In this document: positions 42,312 through 57,440 of the stretch, piece after piece | Numbering within the stretch: the first letter of the stretch is position 1 | Layout of the letters: each line of letters begins with the position of its first letter | NCBI RefSeq assembly: GCF_009914755.1 | Contig: NC_060928.1 | DNA: 64,000 nt | DNA from: the human T2T-CHM13v2.0 reference genome, Homo sapiens | Reading direction: 5' to 3' (one strand) | The notes under the pieces: generated by a model | The model's input: only the letters and a program-made list of their open reading frames with translations | Database searches by the model: none | What the model was told of the DNA's origin: nothing | Translations under genes and position numbers: made by a program

Positions 42312-43906
42312 AGGACTCTGTTTTTAAATTTGAAAAACACCGTGATATCTATGTTTGTACGTTACTGAAATTAAAACAGAAAGTAAATTTGCAAAGAAGG
42401 GAAGGAAGAAGGAAGGCAGTTTGACAACGACAGGCACTGATGGATTTCTAAGTGTGCCTCATCTCTGGTCTTTGCTGACAGCGTGGCTCCACTCCCAGGA
42501 ACTCCCCTCTTTGGGCCGTGCCGTCTCTTCATTCTTACCATCATCAGTAATGCTGAGCACTCCCAGCCCCCAGAAGCATGGCTTCTGCTTCTCACCTCCT
42601 GCCCTTGCTGGTTCAAGGCCAGTTCAAGTGTAGTTTGGGGGATCCCACTGGGGAGAGGAAAGAAAGAGAAGAGGGAAAGTAGATCCCACAAGGCCTGATT
42701 CCCCACTGCCGGACCTCCCTTATGGGCTGCATCCTGAGCGCTAGCCCATCTTGTATGCAAACATTCCAGATGCTAGACCTGCCCCTTACCAAGGATAACC
42801 CTTGTGAGGAAACAAAAGGACATTAGAGGAGTAGTCTGAATGTTCCTGTAAATATGTATCTTGGACCCTGGCATGATGGTGGCTTGAATGAGGGCTCATC
42901 CACTCATCTCCCAGCAGACTCGCTACCTCCTGTGAGCTGAGCAGTGATCGAGGGTACACATGACATCTGCAACTCTGTTAGGATCGTGAAGGACCAAGCT
43001 GGCGCAAGTGTTTTCCGCTTTGTGCCAGAAGAGAGTGTGGAATGGGGTGAAGCCCTAACGTGAAGGTCAAGAAGAATGCTGTGGCCTGGTGGTTCCAGAG
43101 AGAGGCTGACCTGCCCCTCCCATGGCCCCCACTTGGGCAAATGTTGCCTTGTGGGAGCAGCTGGTTTCCTTGGCCCCTCAGGAGCTGGGGAAGCCTGAAC
43201 AGATGCATTTCTCCCTCTGATAGGGTGAGAATGCCATCTAAGAAAACCAAATAGTAGAGATGTTGGTCCCAGGAATCTAACACGATTTCCCGCTCTTTCT
43301 TAAAGCACCTCAGGAAAACAACAAATTTAATGGCACCCAGAATTCAGGAAGTGGGATAAGATGTAAAAGAAATAGACTAAGAAGCTTGTAATGAAAATGA
43401 ACAATGGAGATAAGAGAAGACAACCTGAACCAAAATAAAACATTGTAACTAAAGCATGTGCAGAAATCCCAGAATGATAACAACAAAAAAGCAACAACAA
43501 CAAAACAAACAATGGCCACCAAATGCTGGAGAAAAAATTAAAATCATAATTTACAAACTAAAAATGGCAGCAGATTAGTTGAAGAAGAGAGGTTAATGGT
43601 TTTGAAGACCAGGTAGAAGAAACAACTCAAAACAGAAAAGAGAATTTCAGATAAAATTAAGAAGACAACACCATGCACACACACAAACTGAGGCACATTC
43701 TAGAAAAATTCTTTAACTTCAAGGATAAAGAGCGTTTACAAGGTGCCACAGAGAAAAGGCAGGTTACTTTTTTTTACTTACTAAAAATAAATAACACCAA
43801 TAATGAATTTCTCATCTGCAACAATAAAAGCTTGAAAACAGTGGAATAACACCTACTGAGAGAAAAAAAAAATGCAACCCAGGGATCTTATTTGCAGAGA
43901 AGATAC

Positions 43907-44388
43907 TGTAGGAGAGGAAAGATTTCTTTTCCCATGCGTCACTAGTTCATGACTAAGGCCCCTATAACAAAAGACAGATTAACAAGAGAAATGCACACAA
44001 ATTCATGTAATGTAAGTTTTCGGTGACACAAGAACCTTTATAAGGAAATGAATGCCCAAAGAAACAGGTAAACTTGTGTTTTTTTGTGTGAGGTTGGATG
44101 AAGAGGGGACAGTCATGGGGAAGTGTGATTGAACACAGGGATTGAATGGTGATAAACTGGGAGGAACTGGGCAAGGCCTGCTCGTTCAGATTCTTCTCTG
44201 TGTCCTTGTGTCTTCAGAGATACGGCTGTTGCTTCCTCCTCGTATAGGGAGGGCACCTCTTGGATGAGGGTCTTATGTCCTGCTTCAGGGGAGAAGATCA
44301 AGGGGAAAGTGAGAGTGGCCTTCCTGCTTCTGCTGTTTTCTCAAATGCCAAGTGCCATGTTTTGGGTAGCATGTCCTGAACCCCATCA
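43907..44388 (-). mobile_element. ERV1 solo LTR (MER31-like)
   Basis: 482 bp with TG...CA ends. Reverse strand begins TGATGGGGTTCAGGACATGCTACCCAAAACATGGCACTTGGCATTTGAGAAAACAGCAGAAGCAGGAAGG. 4-bp TSD-like atac/atag. Confidence 0.75.
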
Positions 44389-45059
44389 ATAGCATTTATC
44401 TCTCAGAGTAAATGAAAGATACTTAGGTAATGCTGGGATTCAGAGACCACGTCAACAGTGTACACACACCGTCTAAGGAAGTACTCAAGAAGAAATACCA
44501 ACTGAATTAGAATCATGGCCTCCGAAGAGGAGACAATGATGAGAAAGCAACTCTACAGTGTATATAGTTAAATCTCAAACGATGATTACAGAGCAACTGG
44601 AAATGTGTCAGAAGCACTACAAGAGAAACCTTAACAGAAGGCTGGAACTAAAAGCATTTACCTATCTCAGCAAAATCCAGCAGTTGGAGGAAAGTAGAAA
44701 AGTAAAAGTGTTCCAAATTCTCATCTCATCTGAAGAGGGAGAGTGGGGAAACAGTTATGAAATAGAGCTTTAGTGGAGGGAAATAATTGCTATCTTGCAT
44801 ACATATGACAATGACAAACATATATTTGAATATGAATGTCAGGAGTGGGAAGGTAATCATTAATACAATGAAAAGAGGACAATAGACCCACCTAATTAGC
44901 AGTGAGGAAAGGGATTGACTAGCAGTCTGACCAATTTAGCAAAAACAGCTCCAAGGAAAAAAAGGCAACAGGAAAAATCATGAATAATCAAAAAACAAGA
45001 TGAAAGGAGTCAAATCTACTCTATTACCTATCACCTAAAATTTAAATGTACTGCATTTT

Positions 45060-45358
45060 GGCCGGGTGCGGTGGCTTACACCTGTAATCCCAGCACTTTG
45101 GGAGGCCGAGGTGGATGGATCACTTGAGGTCAGGAGTGCAAGACCAGCCTGGCCAACATGCAGAAACCCGGTCTCTACTAAAAATACAAAAGTTAGCCAG
45201 GTGTGGTGGCAGGAGCCTGTGGTCCCAGCTACTCAGGAGGCTAAGGCACAAGAAGCGCTTGAACCCTTGAGATGGAGGTTGTGGTGAGCCAAGATCAATG
45301 CCACTGCACTCCAGCCTGGGTGACAGAGTGAGCTCTGTCTCCAAAAAATAAAATAAAT
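45060..45358 (+). mobile_element. AluSz/Sx-type SINE
   Basis: Full dimer. TSD atgtactgcatttt at 45046-45059 and 45361-45374. Confidence 0.92.
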
Positions 45359-45957
45359 ACATGTACTGCATTTTGACATAAACTACTCAATTGTTTCATA
45401 AAAGTTATTGGTATTTTTAAGACATACACTTAAAATGGTAAAGAAAATGGTTGAGAATAAAGATATATTAGGTGAATAAAAACAAAAAGAAAGGAGGAAT
45501 GGCAGTATTAATATCAGGAAAGATGGAATTTATGATGAAAAACTCTCAGTAGGATAAAAAGGACCACTGGGTAAGTGATGAAAGGCATACTGTGCAGAAG
45601 AAGAACATTCTTAAAATGCGTACCTTAAACAATAATATAGTAGCTAAATTTATAAGCAAAAACTATTAAAAAAAGAAAGATTGTTAAAACACGTTAGTAG
45701 TGAGATATTTTGATTCACTTCTTTTAGAATCAGGCAGATCTGAAAGACAAAAATAAGACAGCAATTACATAATATTAATCGAAAATTTCAGCTAAGGTAT
45801 ATATACAGAAATTTATAACTGTCAGAAATGATACAATTTTTTATATTTCTATAGGATAGTTGCAGAAACTGATTATGTATTTGGCCATCTAAAGAAACAT
45901 TAAAAATTCAGAAAATAGATTTTATAAGCCAAAACATTTTATCATAAAATGTAGTAA

Positions 45958-46007
45958 AATTAGAAATAAATAACAAAAAGATAATTAGAAATAAATAACA
46001 AAAAGAT
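45958..46007. repeat. Perfect 25-bp tandem duplication
   Basis: aattagaaataaataacaaaaagat occurs twice in tandem. Confidence 0.9.
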
Positions 46008-46206
46008 AAATGAAGAAAAGCACTTTTGCCCCTTGGATTATGATGTCCCTTGACTGTGATGAAAAGCAATCAAGAGCAATGAAAATTCTACTTCCAAAAT
46101 GTATGGGAGACAGTGAAAGTCATAATCATAGGGAAAACATTGTGAAGAAATCAGGAACAAAGACTAACAAAATAGGAATATACTATATATTTAAGAAATG
46201 AGTTCA

Positions 46207-46596
<390 letters not shown>

Positions 46597-47694
46597 TTAA
46601 AACAGACAAAACAGCTAAGTCTTTAAAAAGGCTAGTAAAATAGAAAGCACCTATGATCCTGATTAAGAAATAATGAGAACAAAAATAAGACATCCTAAAA
46701 AGACTGTAACAACTAAGAGGTGCTATTATTCCAAGCAATAAATTTGAAAAATCTAGAGGAATTTATTTTTTCTCAGAAAATATGAGTAACCCCAAAAGAT
46801 TTCAGAAGATGGAGCAAACTTGTCAACACCAATTATTTCAGACAAGATGAGAAAGGTGATTAAAAGAGAGACCATTTCCAAGGGCCAGATATGTTCCTAG
46901 GTACATTTTGCATAACCTTCAAAGTACAACTAAGTTTAATGTTTAAAAATCTATTCAACACCACCCTTCATAACAGATGGAAGGCATCAAAGTTCATGTT
47001 ATGAAGTTGGCATGACCTTAATAACTAAACTTGATTAGAGTAGTACAAAAAAAGAAATCATACATAAATTGCTTCACCTACCAAAACTGCTTTTCAGTAG
47101 GTGTGTAAAAATTCAAAACAAGTATTTGCATTTAAGAATCCAGCAATATATAAAAAGAATAATATGCTAGACCAAATTAATAGCCAAGTGGTTACTAATC
47201 CTTGCTGAATATACAAGGATTTTTCAGTGTTCAGAAATCTACTAACATAATTAGATTAATAAATCAAAGGGGAAAACCATGATCTTATCAATAGATGATT
47301 TACACGTTTTGGAAAAAATTTAGAAAGGATTCTTTATTCAAATAAACTCACAAGAAGAAAAAACACTTCAATATGGTAGTAATATTTGACATGATCACTC
47401 TAGACACTAAACAGCATTCTAAAAACTGAGATTCTAGGACATTTCAGTTGAAATAGGAACATAAGAAAGGTTTACCTATTCTCACAATTATTATTCAAAA
47501 TTGTTTTAGATGTTTTAGCAATTGTAATAAGAAAATTAAATGATATATATTTTGGAAAAAGTTAAAATCAGTACTTTTGTTAAAGATATGGTTGTATGCA
47601 TACAAAAACCATGTGTCTCTAGAAATTAAAAAAAAGGAATTTGAAGTGAATTTGGTATTTGGATGAATACAAAATAAATATATGGACAGTGTAG

Positions 47695-47935
47695 ATCATA
47701 TAGTATAACGGTTGAGAGTATAGGTTCTGAATCCACATGACCTGTGTGTGAATCCCAGGTCTGCCTTGCCGTAGCTGACTGGCAGTTTACCTAATCTTGG
47801 CCAAGGAACTTTTTTGGACAAGTTACATAATTTCTCTATGCCTCCATTTTCATTATTCATAGATTGTGCTGTAGTTTGTTGAGGATAAAATGAGTTAATA
47901 TATGTAAACTGTTTAGAATAATGCCTGATACCTGT
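47695..47935 (+). mobile_element. Near full-length MIR nested in old L1
   Basis: 'tagtataacggttgagag...gtgaatcccagg...gaggataaaatgagttaatatatgtaaactgtttagaataatgcctga'. Confidence 0.8.
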
Positions 47936-49012
47936 TATTAATATCTACTGCTTGGAAGTCAGAAAAAAAAATCCTATCACAAAGGCAACAGACACTATAA
48001 AATTCTTTGGAATAAATTTTGCAAGCATGCTATGTGACCTAATGTGAGGGTACCTATAAAATATTATTTAAAAAACGTAAAACAGGACCTAAATAAATAA
48101 TCAATGTTTTTGGATGGGAAGATGATACCATAAGAATATTAATTCTCCCCAAATTAATGCATAGAAGTTAAGGATATCAGATAGAATTCCGGTGGGTTAG
48201 AGTTAATTTTAATTGGCGTGAGTGATCTTCAAATTTATCTTAAAATTCAAGTGATCATAAAATTCGTATTTTCAAATTTCTGGAAATAGCCGAAACCATA
48301 TTTAAAAGTCAAATAGTGAGGACAAAATGGAGTTAATATGTATTTTCAAAAGTATGATGAAGCTGCTGTAATCATGTCTATATGATATTGGCATAAATAA
48401 AGACAAGTAGATTCATGGAATAGACAAAAACTTCAGAAATATATCCTAGTATATAGGTAAATTTAACATAAAACAAAAAAAAGGTTTTTCTATTCAGTGG
48501 GATTTGATAAATGGTGCTGGCACAACTGGTTATCCATCTGGAAGAATATAAAATTGGACCCATATCTCTCAGCATATTCAAAAATAAATTAAGATGGATT
48601 AAAGACAAATGTAAAAAATAAAGCAAGAATTCTAGAAGTTAATTTGGGAGACTAAGATAGGAATGACTTGAGCCATGAGTAGCAGAAAGGTTCAGCTTAA
48701 AAACTGAAGAGAATCATTTTCTTATAAAACACGAAGTCCAGAGATAGACTATCTAGCCAGGGCGTAAAGATATCATTAAGGCATCTCTCTATCTTTTTCA
48801 TCTTTGTCATTCTTAGCCGGTAGCTTTTGTCCCCTTGGTGCCCAGGTGGCAGCTGTGCTTTCATATTCCTGTTGGAGTAAGAATGAACGCACAGGTAGGA
48901 AGGCCTTCTCTACATTGGACTAGTTCATTTTACTCCCCTGAAACTTCTCGCTACCCCTCTCTTTTCAGAGCTGTTATACTTGACCATACTTAGCTGCACA
49001 AGAAGACAAAGC

Positions 49013-49493
<481 letters not shown>

Positions 49494-50929
49494 TTAGTTT
49501 TAAAATTTAAAACCTTTTACATGTAAATTAAAATACCCAGAAACAAAATCACTACATTGGGAAATATGTTTATAATTCTTATGACATATATAATGTCTAT
49601 ATCTATAATATACTGAATGACTATTACAGTTTGAAAACAGAAAGATAAACAGCCCAATGGGAAATGGCATGCATAGACAATTCACAAAAGAGAAATTCAC
49701 ACGGTCAGTAAACGTGAAAAGGAGAATCGATTTTCCTATTTGTGTGGGAAAGGCGGTAGCTAATCCCAAATTCTACATCCCTACTATACAGCCCCTATCC
49801 TGGCATCCTTCATTGAGCATTCATATATCCAGGGAATATGCCTAGGAAGTTTCTCCCCACTTGGTAAGCAGGAAATCAATGGAAGCGGCTACTGTAGGCG
49901 GGATCTTCCTCATTGGTACATTTGTTCAAAGAGACAGTCTCACACATGGAAGCCATGCCCTAGAGTACAATTCATCCAGTTCTTCATTCAGACACAGATA
50001 ACTCAGAAGACCTGTGTGTTCCATCTTGGCATCCTCCATGTTGTTTTCATGGGAAAATGCATACTGATTCTTATCAACTTCTAAACCCAACAAATTCCTA
50101 AAGTGAGAACTTTCTATATAGTTTTTGAAGTTCTGGCTTAGGAAGAAGCCAAAAAAAAGCAATTCATGAATAGCTGTGCTCAAAACTTTACACAGAAGCT
50201 CTCATTATAGTGTGTGAAATAAACAATAACACAAAAAACTGAAAGAAAAAAACTGCAAAATATTCACAGAGGGTGCATTTGAGAGTGGGGCTGTGAAGGA
50301 ACACCTTCTGATTTTCAGTCAAAAGGTCAAAGGCCAAAAATAATTCCTGCTTCGGAACTGCAGCAGGTTGGTTCTACCCTTTGGGGGTTGGAGAAGAAAA
50401 GCACCTTTCCAGATGGCCAGATCTAGCTTGTTAATGTCCCTGCTGCCCTGATGGCTTGGTTTTCAATTCAGGGTGAACTTCAGATATGGTGTTTAAGGGA
50501 GGAGCCAGATAAGAACATAGCATTGTGCTTTTGATTTATTTTAGGGATGAAATGTAAACCAAAAGTCCCCAATGCTGAAGGAAATTTTAACTTTTTCTTT
50601 TCCATTTTTCTCCTTGGACTCTTGATGCTATTATTCTTAGCTTTTTTTTTTTTTTTTCTTGTGTTCCATTGTGCTGCCTTTTTTCTGCCTCTGCATAAAC
50701 TGATATGGTTGGGAGATCTTTGAGAGCCTCTGAGTCCACTGTATACATGAGGAATATGAGACTCAAACTTGTTAAAGTGTTCACTCAGACAACAGCTGGT
50801 GAGTTCTAGGTCCAGAAGAAAACTACAATCAAATTTCAATCATTTTTCTACACTACTCTTTTATCTTTCTAGTTTCTATTAGAAAACCGCAGTAAAAAGC
50901 TACGTATGTTCTTAAATATCTTCACAAAT

Positions 50930-51915
50930 GTGAGATAGACAAAGATATCTTAGAAAGGTCCTAAGTGGAATAAATATAAAAGAAAAAAATTGATAAATTG
51001 GACTTCATCAAAATTACAAAGTTTTGCTTATCAGACATTACCTTTAAGAAAATGAAAAGCAAATCCACAATCTGGGAGAAAATTATCTATCTATCACAGA
51101 GACTTGTCTCTAGAATATATAAAGAGCTTCTACAAATCAACAACAAAAGATAAATAACCAAATTTTAAAATGGGCAAAAAACTTTTAATAGAAACATCAC
51201 AGAAAAGAGACACAAGTGACTAATAAGCCTGTGGAAAATGCTCAGCACCGTTAGCCATCAGAGAAATGAAAATTAAAACCACAATGAAATACTACCACTC
51301 ATCTTCCAGAATGGCTAAAATTAAAAAAGACCCATAGCACCAAATATTGAGGATGTGGAACAACTGAAACTTTCATATGTAAAATGACACAACTGCTTTG
51401 GAAACTGTTGGGCAATTTCTTATATAAAGTTAAAAATAACATCTCCCACTGGACCCAGCAATTCATCTCCTTAGTATTTACCCAAAGTAAATAAAAACTT
51501 AAGTTCATAGCAGCTTTATTCATAATAGGCCCATATTGGAATCACCAAGAGAATGGATATAACAATTGTATGTTAATACAATAGAATATGAGTTGGCAAC
51601 ACAAAAGAGTGATCTACAGATACTTGCAACAATGTGGAAGAATCTTAAATATCCACTGAGCAAAAGGATCCTGAGTACATCCTGTATGACTCCATTTATA
51701 TAAGGTTCAAGAACATACAAAACTAACCTTCTGTAGAAGAAATCAGGACAGTGGTTGCCTGTTGGGTGGGGATTGACTGGGTACGGGAGAGCTTTGTGGG
51801 AGTGATCTTATCTTGCTTGGGGTCATGGTGGGTACATTTGTTAAAACTCATGGAAGTATCCACTTTAGATCTATGTATTTCACTGCCTATGAAATTTACC
51901 TAAATATTAATAAAT
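50930..51915 (+). mobile_element. Old L1 3' end (L1ME/L1MD-type)
   Basis: 'gataaattggacttcatcaaaatt', 'ttagccatcagagaaatgaaaattaaaaccacaatgaaatac', 'tgtatgactccatttatataaggttcaagaac'. Confidence 0.85.
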
Positions 51916-54900
51916 ACAACAGAAGCAAAAATCAGCATGTTCAAACAACTGTAGTTGAACATGGAAAGTTTTGGGTTTGTATTTTCCCGGCTTCCACAGG
52001 GGTAAGATTTGATTTGGTGCCAAGAGCAGAGTTGCACTGTCTCTACTGAACCATAACCACAATCTTTCAAAAACAACCTCCGCTGTCATCGCACTATAAT
52101 GTTTTGCTGGATAAAGGCATTTTGCCCATTAAGATAATAACATATACAACATATCCAGGACTGCACTGAGAGAATAAAGAGTTTGTGTCATAGATGGGAC
52201 CAGATCTTCAAATATTTTCATCTGTTTCCAAATAAAAAAGAGCCTGTTTTAAGCTCTTAGATATAGACTACTTATTTTGGGGGAGGGGGAGGCAGTTTTA
52301 TTAGAATATTACTAAAATGATAAGTGGTTTTTAAATGTTTCTTTATATTGTATGTTCTGGCTAGGTCAAAAGAATTGAAATCATATTTCTTAAATATATA
52401 ACATGAAAGTTGTACATATAATTTTAGAATGTCACTGGTAGCATTGGACAGATATAAAAATAGTGTCAGTAACTCCTTTGATTAAAATAATAATGTCTCT
52501 GCACCATTTTATCTTGCTTTGGATGTGAAATGGAATAAATTATTTTTGTTACTCTTCTTATTTTTATTTTATTTATTTGTATTTTTTTTGCATTATGAAA
52601 ATCTATTAACCATTCAGACATGTTGGAAATTGTGAAAGAGGAAGATTTGAGAGCCAAGAGGAAAATGCTTTTAATTTTAAAGACTGAGATTTAGTTTAGT
52701 CTTGGATGCCATTATAGTGAATAATGGGAACTGATCCGAGACTTCAAAAGAAATATGACCATATGGTCCTACCATTCAGTACTTAATGCTGCCATGAATT
52801 TCCAGTTAGACCCCAAACTTTTCATTTCCCCAGTGTTCCCCCTCACCTCTGTCATCAGACAAAAACGAAAGGAATCTGAAACCCCTTTTCATGTTTTCTG
52901 AAATACTGGTGCTGAGAAAGCTTATTTTTGTGAGAATTGAGTTTTATGAAAAAAGACAAAAACCTGAAACATTAATCAGATCCACTGGGCTAATTACTGC
53001 AACTCCAAAGTTTATTACTTTTAAATATTAACTGCTTAAAATGATTCATTTAGAGATCAAAATGATTAATCCTTCTCAGTCACTATAAATGTCAGCGGCA
53101 GGATTAAAGGATTTAGATGGTCATGTTTACTCAACCTTACATTTCTGTACTTAAAGACACAAGTTAAATAGCTCTAGTTTATCATTGTTTCATGTTAATG
53201 GTTTTCCTCTTAGCTCCCTCTTTTAGCTCCCCTGCCTAACTGATTGTTAACTAATTTTGGCTGTTAAGTAGGCAAGGGCTTCTTTCAGGCTCGGCAGCCA
53301 ACCTGCTTTGTGGATTACCCACCAGAAGGTGTGAGTAGATAGATGTAGCTTACAGCCCTCCTCAGGACGCAGTGGGGGTAATCCTTTCCCCCTGCCTCGG
53401 CCTTCATTGGTCTGATGTGTTGAGCCCCAGCTTACTGCTCAACTTGTATCTGGTTCCTTGCCACGTTGCCCATTTTGGATCCACAGTGTGACTCACCGCG
53501 GTGCTGCTTCAGTCGCAATTATTAAACACCTGCCGCTTTATGCCAAACCATAGGCGTATTTATACCAATACCTACTGCAGTTCGACTATCAGATATCAGC
53601 AGATACATTGCAGGCGTATTATCATTGCCGGGCCTTGGATTGTTCTAAAGAAGTCATTTCTAAGTAAACATAAGAAGCAAATTTATTTTCAGAATGTTTT
53701 TGATTTAAAAAAAAAGCTATTTTAAAGTTATTTCTTAATTACAAATGTTTGCTAAAGCTTTTTTTATGGTTGCCCCATTAAATCCTTCATTTCCAGACCT
53801 AAGACATGCTCTTTCTTTATACGTCAGCCAACTCACAACCTAATTTTTCTTATTTGGGCCACCAAACCTTCCATTCAATATGCATATGTTCATCCTCCCC
53901 TGGAGGCCTCACAAATTTTATCTTGAAGAAAATGCATCTTTTCTGGGGCCATTCATTCTAGTCCTGGCTTTTCAGCTTGCAGATATACCTAGGGTTTCCC
54001 TTTCTTACCCACCTCCTCAAGTTCACCTTAGTGCCCAGCCTGGAATTTCCATTGAAAGCTACATTTGTGATGATTGCCGAGGGGATGTCCTGCAATGGCT
54101 TCCATTAGACTTGTGTTGTGAGTCATCAATTAGATTATGAGTATGGTGTCCAGTGGTCATTTTCAGCGTCCTCTGGAAATTCATGGGTTTCAATATGTGG
54201 TTATGGGTATTAACAACATATTAATAGATAAATCAAGTAAGTAGTTGAAATGGGGTGGGGACCTTAAGGTATTTAGTGGGATTTTAAGTTAGTTTCTTAA
54301 ACCTGTTTTTTGTAGGGCCTTATGAATAAAGATTTGTAGCCTCACTGAAATTTCTATTGCATGTTCAAGAATGGGTATTTTGTTCAAATGGTGACACATT
54401 TAACATAAAAGGTTAAAGAGTTTGGAATGTCCCATAAAATATGTATTTGGAAATAAAATTACATATACTTCTTTTGCTGTGGAATCTTCTTACCATTTTG
54501 CAAATACAGCAAAAGAGAGAACTCTGGAAGACATGGTGGTGCCACTGATTCAACAAGCACCTAATAAGAAATGCTTTCCCAGTTTGTAGTTTTGTGTTCT
54601 GCCTGACTGATGGAGGAGAGTCACTCCATGCCTGAGAAGAAATAATTCCATTCAAGCTCACAACAACCAAGGAAAATAATTAAAGACAGCTATAGATTGT
54701 TTTATTTATGTGCATTTAATTTATATTTATTCATCCATTTTTTCCCATATTCAATTTTGGGGTTACTGTAGGAGAAATGAATGGTTATTCTCCTTTAAAA
54801 CAATCCATATATGATGAAGAAAAAGGGAAGGATTGAAATGGAGGGGAAAATGCTCCCATGTATCTTACAAAGTTTCATTTCTTTACAATAAACGAGGAAG

Positions 54901-55029
54901 GATTTTTAAAACTGAGCTTCCCCTAGAAGAGGCAATAAATTAAATTTCTAATTATTGAGTAGAAGCTATTAAACAGCAAATCAAGAAAATATATTTGTTT
55001 TTTAGAAAGAAGATAGGCTTTAATTTTTT

Positions 55030-55545
55030 CTTTATTATGTTTTTAAATTATTGAAATAATTATCATGAGAAGTAAAAATTCAAAACTATAAAATAGAAAA
55101 TTACTAATTTCCTTCATTTACAACCTTTTCTAAATGACCCATTATAACAGTTATATATCTCCTTCCTCACCTTTATTCAGATTCAACTTATATAACCTGT
55201 GGGTCCTTTTCCTTAATTTCCAAAAGTGGGATTATACTATATACATAATTCTACAACTTGCATTCTTTTTCTACTTAAAATATATACAAACGAGCTTCCC
55301 TGCAGATCCGAAGACATGGGTCCAACTCATCCTTTATGCTAACCACAGTGTTCCACAGCATGGGCATGCAACTTTTCCAGCCATTCTCTTTCTGGCCAAC
55401 ATTTGGGTTATTTAAAATTTTGCAACAATGCTGTAGTAAACAACTTGTTTAAATAAACATTCTGTATATTTAAGATCAGGTGATTTTATTTCTATAGGAT
55501 ATAGTTCCAAAGGTAGATTTCCTATGCTAAATAATATTTCTGATT
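55030..55545 (-). mobile_element. Degraded L1 3' fragment (antisense)
   Basis: 'gggattatactatatacataattctacaacttgcattct', 'aacaatgctgtagtaaacaac', 'tttctataggatatagttccaaagg'. Confidence 0.55.
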
Positions 55546-55771
55546 TTAATAGAAAAATATTTTACATGGAGTGAAAGCAGCATAATAGAAGGCAAAGAAA
55601 AAAATGATAGAATAAAATAATAAATTTGCATAGCAGACTCACAGAATCAGCTGCTTTTCAGGGGAACAATGATTCTTGTTTGCCCTCTAAATTTCAATAC
55701 CAATGACCTATATTTTAAGCCCTCATTGCGAACTCCAAGTCCCACATAAAGTGTGGTATAAAAGAGAACCA

Positions 55772-56450
55772 ATAGATGATAACAAGTGTTCATGAGCCTG
55801 TGCAGAATTAAAACCCTCATACACTGCTAGTGGGAATATAAAACACTGCAGTCATTGTGGAAAACAGTCCGGCAGTGCCTCAAAAGGTTCAATACAGAGT
55901 TACCATATACCCCAGCAGTTCCTCTTCTAGGATATGCTCAAGAGAAATGAAGACATATGTACGCATGAAAACTTGTACAGGAATGTTCCTGGAAGCATTC
56001 TCATAATAGTAAAAAAGATAGAGATAACTCAAATGTCCATTAACTGATGAATGGATAAATGATAGTGTGTCCATACAATGGAATATTATTCAGCCATAAA
56101 CAGGAATGGAGTACTGATGCATGCTATGACATGGAAGAACTTTGAAAACATTATTCTAAGTGAAAGAAGCCAGTCACACAAGACCACATATTGTGGATCT
56201 TCTTTATTTGAAATGTCCAGGAAGGGAAGTAGATGAGTGGTTGCCTAGGGCTGGGGGTGGGAGGGGTGAGGGGAAAATAGAAGGTAGCTGATAATTGGTA
56301 TAAGGTGTCTTTTTAGGGTGATAAAAATGTTCTAAAATTAATTGTGCCCATAGTTGCAGAACTCTGAATATACTGAAAACCATTAAAGTGTACACTTCAA
56401 GTGGGTGCATTTTGTGGTATGTGAGTTATGTTTCAATAAAACTGTTTGTT
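55772..56450 (+). mobile_element. L1MB-type 3' end
   Basis: 'ccctcatacactgctagtgggaat', 'caatggaatattattcagccataaa', 'aagtgaaagaagccagtcacacaagaccacatattgt', ending 'tcaataaaactgtt'. Confidence 0.9.
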
Positions 56451-57415
56451 TTTTTAAAGGAACAAACAAGCAAGAGACCAAGAGAGAAGGAGAGAAAGCC
56501 AAATCTAGATATTAGAGAAATCCAGACATTAGTGAGGAGAGAATGCCTTCCCCGTGGGGTGCTTTCGTCATCCTATGTACCTCTGAGACTAGTCCCTCGG
56601 GTAGAATCTGTTTCTCATACAAGAGATAGTAGATGTGTTACCCATTGGTGAACATCACCCTGATTGTGGCTTTGAAAAATCCCTCACTGCTCCAACTAGG
56701 TTATAGACAAATAGAACAAATTTCTATGAGAAAAAGAACAAATAGCTAACCCATTTTCCCAATCTCCTTCTTTTATTAAAGAGGGAGCTGTGCTATGTGC
56801 CAATCTCATTTGAAATATTTGTCCTTACACCATCCTTTCTACTTTGTCAAATACCCTCACTCGTTTTTTAAAACGTGAACCTAAAAAAAATGATGCAGCC
56901 CACCTAGGTTGTGTTTATTCAGTTTTCCTTTTCTAGATTTTCACATTTATGAGTGTCATAAAACAAAAATGCCTAATATAATCCGAGCTAACCTTGCCTT
57001 TTAATCACAGTGAATTCCATCCTCAGGTGTACTTTGTTCTTGCTACAATTTATTGTTTTGGTCCTGTTTCAAATTGTAATGGGAAACTCTTGTTGGCTCT
57101 GCTGATCAAGGTTACCAAAATTCAATGTACAGGAGATAAATACTTATTTTGCCAGTTATGGCCAAGCAGAATTAATATAAAGACCGTAAAAGGCAAAGAA
57201 AGAAATTAAAGCAATGTTAGAACTACTGCAAAGAACATGGCTTTTCCAATGTAAAGAAAACATGGAAAATGAGAATAAAGTATTGTTCCTTGAAGCCAAA
57301 GCTGACTTTACATAGGATTGTCCAGGGTTCAGCCTGGTCCCAGGGGCATCTCAGCTGCCTTGTCCTGCCTCTTCCCACTTCTCTGCACTGCCATAAAGCC
57401 CTCCCCACTACTACA

Positions 57416-57440
57416 AGCCCAGCCCAGCCCAGCCCAGCCC
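57416..57440. repeat. (AGCCC)5 pentanucleotide repeat
   Basis: Five perfect units read directly from the sequence. Confidence 0.9.
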
